NCBI GenBank assembly: GCA_002506755.1
Contig: DAYD01000021.1
Span: 29,452 to 93,451 of the forward strand
Length of the DNA: 64,000 nt
From: Euryarchaeota archaeon UBA462
Lineage (GTDB): Archaea; Thermoplasmatota; Poseidoniia; Poseidoniales; Thalassarchaeaceae
Direction: 5' to 3'
Positions within the stretch are counted from its first letter, which is position 1, and every line of letters starts with the position of its first letter. Positions 58,144-64,000 of the stretch are shown here, one piece after another. The translations under genes and the position numbers were made by a program. The notes beneath the pieces were generated by a model that was given only the letters and a program-made list of their open reading frames with translations, made no database searches and had not been told where the DNA came from.

Positions 58144-59259
58144 CTATTCCGATTCATAGCTAAGTGAATTGCGAGGAGTTGCTGCTACAGGATTCCCCCC
58201 GACCATTCCAGATATGTGAATATTAATGTTTGATGGGGCCCCCGATATCATCACCCTGAGAAAGACGGTCGTATGCTCTTTCAGATCCCCAATAAAGACC
58301 TCATCTCCCTGAAACATCATCTTCGGCTCCACACTTTCAATCGGAATATCTCTCCCAAGCGGGGAAAAAAATCTAATTGCAGCCATCTTCCACTCCTCAG
58401 TTTGATTCTTTATACCAACTAGAACAGACCTACTCCTCCCTTTGAATCTCCATGCGCAGACCTCCAATCCGTCCGTAAGGTGCCTGACTTCTGGGTCCCC
58501 AAATTCCATTATGACTGACTCCCAAGATTCTTCAGAGAGTACCTTGAGTGAGGACCTGATTTTATCTTGGTCCTCTGATGAGTCTGATTCATCCACAAAT
58601 CTCATCTTGAGTTTGATAAGTGTACCCTTTTCATGTTCATCTATTATGAGGCTTTTTTTTGAATTACCGATGAAATTATGCCGATTCCACCACAACACCA
58701 AAATTAGTGGTGAGATTAGAAAAACTCCGGCAAAAATATAGAATGGCATGAACCTCCATGCAAGATCAACAAATCGACCTTCAACGTCTACTAAGCCCCG
58801 ATTACTGATCGTGAACCTGTATTCGAGCTCTTCGCCATATCCCCCCAATCTCTCTATTCGGATAGCATGTATTCCATCATCCAATTCAATTTCTCCATCA
58901 GATTCGTTGGCGAATTCTACTATTGCCCAATTAATCTGGTCCAATCTCTGTATGCTGATTGTCACATTGCCCTCTGGCTTTATCGAAAAACCAACAACTG
59001 TCCAATTATCAGAGGACACGTTTATTGCAATAATATCAATTGAATCATTCAATCCAAAATTTCCCAGATAAGTCCCATTTGAGTCGGATATTCTATGCCA
59101 TTCCGGACCAGCCCCACTACTTCCCCAAAGATAATTCGGAGAGTCACCCACCTCTTCGAGATCAACAATATTGATCTCAAGCTCTTCAGACTGTAATGAT
59201 GGAGTTATTACGACTAAGGCGATACTAATCAGTAATGCTCGGTACCCCCTCATGTGCAC
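58144..59259 (-). CDS. hypothetical bitopic membrane protein (371 aa)
   Basis: Signal-like helix ALLISIALVVITPSLQS, an extracytoplasmic domain of about 150 aa, TM helix FMPFYIFAGVFLISPLILVLWW and a cytoplasmic domain of about 180 aa. No motif was recognised. Confidence 0.5.
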   Translation of the reverse strand: MHMRGYRALLISIALVVITPSLQSEELEINIVDLEEVGDSPNYLWGSSGAGPEWHRISDSNGTYLGNFGLNDSIDIIAINVSSDNWTVVGFSIKPEGNVTISIQRLDQINWAIVEFANESDGEIELDDGIHAIRIERLGGYGEELEYRFTISNRGLVDVEGRFVDLAWRFMPFYIFAGVFLISPLILVLWWNRHNFIGNSKKSLIIDEHEKGTLIKLKMRFVDESDSSEDQDKIRSSLKVLSEESWESVIMEFGDPEVRHLTDGLEVCAWRFKGRSRSVLVGIKNQTEEWKMAAIRFFSPLGRDIPIESVEPKMMFQGDEVFIGDLKEHTTVFLRVMISGAPSNINIHISGMVGGNPVAATPRNSLSYESE

Positions 59260-59315
59260 CCCGAGAGCATCTAGGTCTTAGAATCCTTCAAGCGAAAAGT
59301 GTCATTCCGGAGTCT

Positions 59316-61097
59316 ATGGAAGAGCGGCCAATTGGAAGGGATGTTATAGCAAGGGATCGCTTCTCTCGACTTATTTCACTAGGGGATAGAAATAACCCTC
59401 TGACATGGTCCCCGGGATTGATAACAAGTGATCTTGATCCCCAACTGCCTATTTCCATTGCCCCTCTTGCCTCACAAATAGACTCTTCAGAAATTCCTTC
59501 AACTCTTAGAATCAAAACCAGAGATAGGCTATGTTTCCCCTTCGACTCTGTAGAAACATGGGAAATGAGCTCCGGTTTACCACTCCCGCCGAGCCTTGTT
59601 GAATCAGATTCGGGCGATTTTGGGGAGGGTATGGAGGCAATGCCAGTCACTTGGGGCTCCCTTCATCATGATGAATCTCTGCTAGATGGGAAACATCAAC
59701 CATCGATAATAGCAATCACCGACTCACCTCAATTGGCTGCCAACAGAGGTATGCTGGAGAGAGCAATCTTGACCGTCAGAACGACTTTCCCCGGCTCCCT
59801 TATCTGGACACCTGGAATCTCCGGACCAGATAACTGCGCCCTGCTCTCATGGATGGGGGTTGACATGTTCGACCTAGGTAGGTCCCGTACTGCCTCTTCA
59901 CTCGGCATTTTGCTAACAGAGTCCGGACCAAGAGAATTGGAGCCATCTACTGGCGAGGAAGCATCAATGGAGGCACAATGCGATTCATGGATCAGGGCAA
60001 TATCGGCTACCAGATCAGCTATTAGAAAGGGCAAATTAAGACAACTCGCTGAAAGACAAAGCACTTCAAGCCCTAGATCCGTGGAGCGGTTGAGAATACA
60101 TGATGAAATATCCTACGAATTTTCGATGCTAGTAGGTACCACACGCAGTCACGTAGAATCTGGATTTAATCTTAGATGCCACTCATATGAAAGTAGAAAC
60201 GATACAAAAATAAGGCAATGGAGAAATCGAGTCACGGATTTCCACGATCCGCCCGAGCATCAAAGAGATGTATTGTTATTGCTTCCGTGCTCTGCTAAAA
60301 AACCGTATAAGCTATCCCAGAGCCATTCAAGGTTTAGAAAGTCGATTGGTAGTCAGAGAGCTCATGAGGTAATGGTGACCTCTCCACTAGGCCTAGTCCC
60401 TCGAGAAATAGAGGATCTTTGGCCAGCTGCGCATTATGATATCCCCGTCACAGGGGATTGGGATGATGACGAGATTCGAGTTATCAGAGAGATGGTTAAC
60501 AAACTAGTAAAGAGGATAGGTTATCGTTCTGTGATCAACCATTCTAGCGTCGAAGTCTTTCCCGAGGGAGTTGAGGTCATAGATACCAGAGTCGGTGACT
60601 CGGCAGGATCTAAGGAATCCCTCGATAGATTGAGCCAAGCACTGTCTTCAGAGTTTGAAGATAACTTGTCGAAAAGAGAAAAAAAAGGCTCTCGACTCTC
60701 AGTATTGAAGTCTATTTCATCATTCCAATTTGGTTCAGATGTGTGGCTCGATGGGTGTGAAGTAAGGGGAAGACCCCCGATTCTGACTATTACTAAGGAT
60801 GGAAACCAAATTGCGAAATGGAACCCTAGGAACGGAAGATTTTCATTCTCCAAGCTGAGCTTACCACTTCTGCAAAAAAATCAAATTCTTAAGTCAGTAG
60901 AAATATCCGAAGGTATGAAATGGATCGGTGATATTTTCCCAAGCTATATACAATCATATGATAGAACAATTGAATCTGGGGATGAGTTGCTGATCATTCA
61001 AAATGGAAGCCTCCTAGGTACTGCAAGAGCAGTCGCACCTGCCTGGGAGTGGCCCCATGGCCCCGGAAGGCTAGCAAAATCGAGGCATAGGCTGTAA
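59316..61097 (+). CDS. arcS: archaeosine synthase (tRNA preQ0-15 modifying enzyme, TgtA2/ArcS) with C-terminal PUA domain
   Basis: Contains an exact PC-X3-KPY-X2-S-X2-H signature, LLLPCSAKKPYKLSQSHSRF (about 60286-60327). The PUA-like C-terminus is GDELLIIQNGSLLGTARAV. ATG 59316 avoids overlap with the divergent gene; the track start is 59235. Confidence 0.85.
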   Translation: MEERPIGRDVIARDRFSRLISLGDRNNPLTWSPGLITSDLDPQLPISIAPLASQIDSSEIPSTLRIKTRDRLCFPFDSVETWEMSSGLPLPPSLVESDSGDFGEGMEAMPVTWGSLHHDESLLDGKHQPSIIAITDSPQLAANRGMLERAILTVRTTFPGSLIWTPGISGPDNCALLSWMGVDMFDLGRSRTASSLGILLTESGPRELEPSTGEEASMEAQCDSWIRAISATRSAIRKGKLRQLAERQSTSSPRSVERLRIHDEISYEFSMLVGTTRSHVESGFNLRCHSYESRNDTKIRQWRNRVTDFHDPPEHQRDVLLLLPCSAKKPYKLSQSHSRFRKSIGSQRAHEVMVTSPLGLVPREIEDLWPAAHYDIPVTGDWDDDEIRVIREMVNKLVKRIGYRSVINHSSVEVFPEGVEVIDTRVGDSAGSKESLDRLSQALSSEFEDNLSKREKKGSRLSVLKSISSFQFGSDVWLDGCEVRGRPPILTITKDGNQIAKWNPRNGRFSFSKLSLPLLQKNQILKSVEISEGMKWIGDIFPSYIQSYDRTIESGDELLIIQNGSLLGTARAVAPAWEWPHGPGRLAKSRHRL

Positions 61098-61170
61098 TGA
61101 GTTCCTATCCGACATCAACGTAGCGATTAAAGAGGAAGAGCAGGTGGGCTGGCTGCTTGAGGTGAAATAA

Positions 61171-61626
61171 GTGGCAAGGATGCACAGTAAAGGTAAGGGG
61201 AAGAGTGGCTCCAACAAGCCCTATTCTAATGACCCACCTGAGTGGTCCAACTCAGACAAAAAAGAAGTCGAGGAGCTTATAGTCCAGCTATCAGGTGAAG
61301 GGCACACAAATGCATCTATCGGGTCTATACTGAGAGATCTACATGGTGTGCCCAACGTCAGACTGGTCACAGGAGAGCGGGTATCCCAAACTCTCCAAAG
61401 GCTAGGAAAGGATACAGGCTACCCCGAAGACCTAATGAGTTTGATGAGGAGGGCTCTCAGGTTAATCGACCACCTTTCACAAAACTCAAAGGACGTTCAT
61501 AACAGAAGACAACTAGAATTATGTGAGTCAAAAATTAGGCGATTGTCTAGATATTACAAGGATAATGATAGACTCGCTTCCGATTGGACTTACAAGAGGG
61601 ATCAACTCAGACTCATGGTCGAGTAA
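61171..61626 (+). CDS. rps15: 30S ribosomal protein uS15 (archaeal S15P / eukaryotic S13e type)
   Basis: MARMHSKGKGKSGSNKPY N-terminus and a C-terminal S15 fold block. GTG start with GAGGTGA 5 nt upstream. Confidence 0.95.
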   Translation: MARMHSKGKGKSGSNKPYSNDPPEWSNSDKKEVEELIVQLSGEGHTNASIGSILRDLHGVPNVRLVTGERVSQTLQRLGKDTGYPEDLMSLMRRALRLIDHLSQNSKDVHNRRQLELCESKIRRLSRYYKDNDRLASDWTYKRDQLRLMVE

Positions 61627-61665
61627 TGACTACTGATTTGTACTCGTTTAGTCTGGCAAGATACA

Positions 61666-62520
61666 GTGCGACAGCTGATTGAACACCAGTCATTCTATTC
61701 CATTAGAGAATCTCTTGAGAGGTCCGCTGCAAGTTTTACTAGGACTAGAAAACCAATTCTAATTCTTTCACCACCAACACTCAAAGGAGCTCTTTCAATA
61801 GCTCCCTTAGAGGCATCTTTGATAGATGAAAATATACCATACAGAAGAAGATTCTCGACAGAAAAACCCCAATCTTCTAGATTTATTAAAATCGTTGATG
61901 CTCCGGAAATAGATAATGGGGGGATTGTTGATTATTCTGAAACTACAATTTCCCCTCTCACTGTCGAGGGTCTCAAGGGTAGGAAAGGAGATTCTAGAAA
62001 GGGCACATTAAGCACTGTAGCCCAAGCTCATGCACTCGCACAGATAATTTCCCCCTCTAGTCAAAGACTGAGGAGGATGAGGCCTTGGGTGTTGTCAGGA
62101 AATTGGATTGATGGGGCATTAGACACGACCTACGATCCCGTCTATACTTCATTGCGGGATTTCCTTTCTGAAGAGGGTTCTATCAACGTAGTCCCCCTAA
62201 CAGAGGTGCCTAACCCAGAAAAAGGAAACTACTACTGGATCGAAGAAGGAGAATTAGCTCGAATATCAAAGATCTGGAATTCTTTTGATATGAACCAGAA
62301 GGAAATGGCAATGGACTCTTTAGCTGAACCCGCGATTGTGAGAAAAACACCAACAACAGCCAGACTTGAAGAGTTGATCTGGCACTGCATAATTGGGGTA
62401 GATTGGCAAACTGACCTAGCCTCTCAAATATTCAAGCTTTCAGATCTCTGGGGGGAATCGGACCATCGCAAGTCTGCATCTGATATTGTCGATTTACTCA
62501 TTTCGAAAGGAAATTGCTAA
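61666..62520 (+). CDS. hypothetical protein, possible degenerate DHH (RecJ/Cdc45-like) domain
   Basis: 284-aa ORF immediately after rps15. PILILSPPTLKGALSIAPLEASL aligns by eye to DHH motif I (IxxHxDxDGxxS), but the acidic and His residues are replaced. No DHH triplet was seen. Confidence 0.45.
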   Translation: MRQLIEHQSFYSIRESLERSAASFTRTRKPILILSPPTLKGALSIAPLEASLIDENIPYRRRFSTEKPQSSRFIKIVDAPEIDNGGIVDYSETTISPLTVEGLKGRKGDSRKGTLSTVAQAHALAQIISPSSQRLRRMRPWVLSGNWIDGALDTTYDPVYTSLRDFLSEEGSINVVPLTEVPNPEKGNYYWIEEGELARISKIWNSFDMNQKEMAMDSLAEPAIVRKTPTTARLEELIWHCIIGVDWQTDLASQIFKLSDLWGESDHRKSASDIVDLLISKGNC

Positions 62521-62554
62521 GTAATTCAGTATGTAAGATAATTTTCAGCGAGCT

Positions 62555-63973
62555 TCATTCTATTCTAAGTGTGCTATTACACCCCTTACATTCTATTCTG
62601 AGTGGCCTTATGTCTGAGTTTACTCGGTTTCTTTTTCCACATGAAGGACATTTTACTCTTCCCCGGCCCATTTCATTTGCTTCGGCTGAATCTTTCTTGG
62701 GGGATATTATTGCAGCTGGAAATACAAGTAAAACACTTGAAGCCACGACGCCTAAGACGATTGGCATAGGAAGTCCATACCAATAGATGGCAAGTGACAG
62801 AACACCCAGAACGCCGACCATAATCATACTAGGTACTCTGGTTCTATTCCTAGTTAATGCCATTCCAATTCCTATTGCGACTACTAGGGCGAAAACCGAA
62901 ATCACGGCAGAAATGAGAGGGCTAAATAAAAGCGAATTGCTTGCAACAAATTCCACCCTATAGTCTGAGTCAGACTGTATATCCGACTCATCCAGAGTCA
63001 GGATCTCGGTTACTATCCACCTTCTGTGCGTGTAATCAACCTCTTCATTGTCAGAGCTCACACCACCAAACCCGGAAAGCATTCCCGTGCTTACCTTGAA
63101 TGATAAGTCAACCCTTTCCCAGAAGTCATACCCACCAGGTCTGACGAAGTCTTCAATCAAGGTCTGCCTACTATTATCATCTACATAGTATGATGAGCTT
63201 ATTCTAATTGATATGCTATCTGAATTGAAAGCTCTTGAAGCCCCGAAATCTATGGTGACCTCCATGGGCCCAAAATCCACAGGATCTGTCCCAAAAACAG
63301 AATTAGGACTCACCATCAGACCATTTGTCAGGAATGATTTCAAGTCTGACTTTGAACCCCTTAGATGGTTCTCAAGAGCTTGCTGCTCGGAATTGTCAAC
63401 CCTGCCGTTTTGTTTTTCGGTAGACGCTACGGTGTCGGAATATGTGTTGAGATTACGCCACCAGCTATTTGATCCAAGGCTCTTATTCCCTATGTTGTCC
63501 AATCCCCACCTCATCCACTGTGACATTGCCCCATCAAATCTTATTGCAGTGTCCCTTTTAATGGAATTGCCATCATAATCGCAGTCGATTATAACCTCCA
63601 ATGATGAACCTCCTGTCCTGGGTGGTTCTTCTTCTGGATACCAGCTATTATCGCCAGTGTTTTGCCCTAATGTAATCTCATGCATCTTATCAGCATCAAT
63701 AGTCAATGATTGCTGGGGGGTTATCTGGAAGTCTGTTCTAACGGAACCGCCCCCAGAGCTACCGGGGTCCCATACAAAAGTTACATCCACCCAATCGTCA
63801 TTGTAATTCACTATTGGCCTTTCAGAAATTTCTACATTCTGTACTAGTAAGCTCCCACTAGATGCAGTCCAGAACCTATCTCCGAAACCCGAGGTTAATC
63901 TAACGGGAAAGAAAACCAAGTTCCCTCTAACGCTAGCCTCCCTTATTTCCACGCCTACGAGTGGAAAACTCAT
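62555..63973 (-). CDS. membrane protein with large N-terminal domain, three C-proximal TM helices and C-terminal zinc ribbon
   Basis: 472-aa ORF with TM helices LLFSPLISAVISVFALVVAIGIGMAL, SMIMVGVLGVLSLAIYWYGL and PIVLGVVASSVLLVFPAAII. It ends with VKCPSCGKRNRV...IECKGCNSTLRIE. Confidence 0.55.
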   Translation of the reverse strand: MSFPLVGVEIREASVRGNLVFFPVRLTSGFGDRFWTASSGSLLVQNVEISERPIVNYNDDWVDVTFVWDPGSSGGGSVRTDFQITPQQSLTIDADKMHEITLGQNTGDNSWYPEEEPPRTGGSSLEVIIDCDYDGNSIKRDTAIRFDGAMSQWMRWGLDNIGNKSLGSNSWWRNLNTYSDTVASTEKQNGRVDNSEQQALENHLRGSKSDLKSFLTNGLMVSPNSVFGTDPVDFGPMEVTIDFGASRAFNSDSISIRISSSYYVDDNSRQTLIEDFVRPGGYDFWERVDLSFKVSTGMLSGFGGVSSDNEEVDYTHRRWIVTEILTLDESDIQSDSDYRVEFVASNSLLFSPLISAVISVFALVVAIGIGMALTRNRTRVPSMIMVGVLGVLSLAIYWYGLPMPIVLGVVASSVLLVFPAAIISPKKDSAEANEMGRGRVKCPSCGKRNRVNSDIRPLRIECKGCNSTLRIE

Positions 63974-64000
63974 AGAAATTGATGCATCATTTTCCTCCGA

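Noticed and set aside
58644-58652. Homopolymer runs of 8 (T8 at about 58645 in the 371-aa ORF, A8 near 60678 in arcS, A8 near 28944 in purD) as phase-variation switches
   Set aside because: They encode ordinary Lys-rich peptides in an AT-leaning genome. They sit in housekeeping genes as well, and the sequence gives no evidence of variability.
62514-62786. 90-aa plus-strand ORF overlapping the 3' end of the 472-aa minus-strand gene
   Set aside because: It is antisense to the TM and zinc-ribbon region of a much longer ORF. It has no SD and no motif.

Overview
All calls come from motif recognition by eye; no HMM or BLAST search was possible. The window looks like an archaeal chromosomal segment. 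It carries archaea-specific genes: CDP-archaeol synthase, an AglB/STT3 oligosaccharyltransferase, archaeosine synthase ArcS, S13e-type ribosomal protein uS15 and an XPD/Rad3 helicase. GAGGTGA Shine-Dalgarno sites recur, and gene packing is very tight. The gene content and the Asp-rich giant exoproteins resemble marine Thermoplasmatota (Marine Group II-like), but taxonomy cannot be proven here. Housekeeping genes present are 2-oxoacid dehydrogenase E1 alpha and beta, lipA, a FolM/FolX-like pterin pair, tRNA-Leu(UAA), XPD, an HD-domain dNTPase-like protein, gdhA, carS, purD, dnaJ, arcS and rps15. These alternate with six very large secreted or membrane-anchored proteins of 983, 3019, 681, 3229, 1426 and 1901 aa. 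Together those six occupy 33,735 nt, about 53% of the window. No transposase, integrase, CRISPR array or rRNA was seen. The strongest candidate for something undescribed is the co-directional block 29991-47911. It starts with a 3229-aa ORF in which a complete AglB/STT3 catalytic core (WWDYG) sits between about 10 extra N-terminal TM helices and an adhesin-like extracellular extension of more than 2200 aa. A membrane-anchored S8 subtilase follows, then a 1426-aa beta-helix surface protein with a cytoplasmic tail, then a wHTH-NB-ARC-TPR STAND NTPase. Second-tier items: a 3019-aa transglutaminase-like/DUF4129 giant whose catalytic triad looks degenerate; Ca-binding PDGWE modules shared among the giants; a single-chain tandem RHH regulator with an 11-bp tandem operator and an SD-coupled 64-aa basic ORF; a pseudo-receiver/PPDK_N kinase-like protein; and a possible inactivated RecJ/Cdc45-like protein next to rps15.
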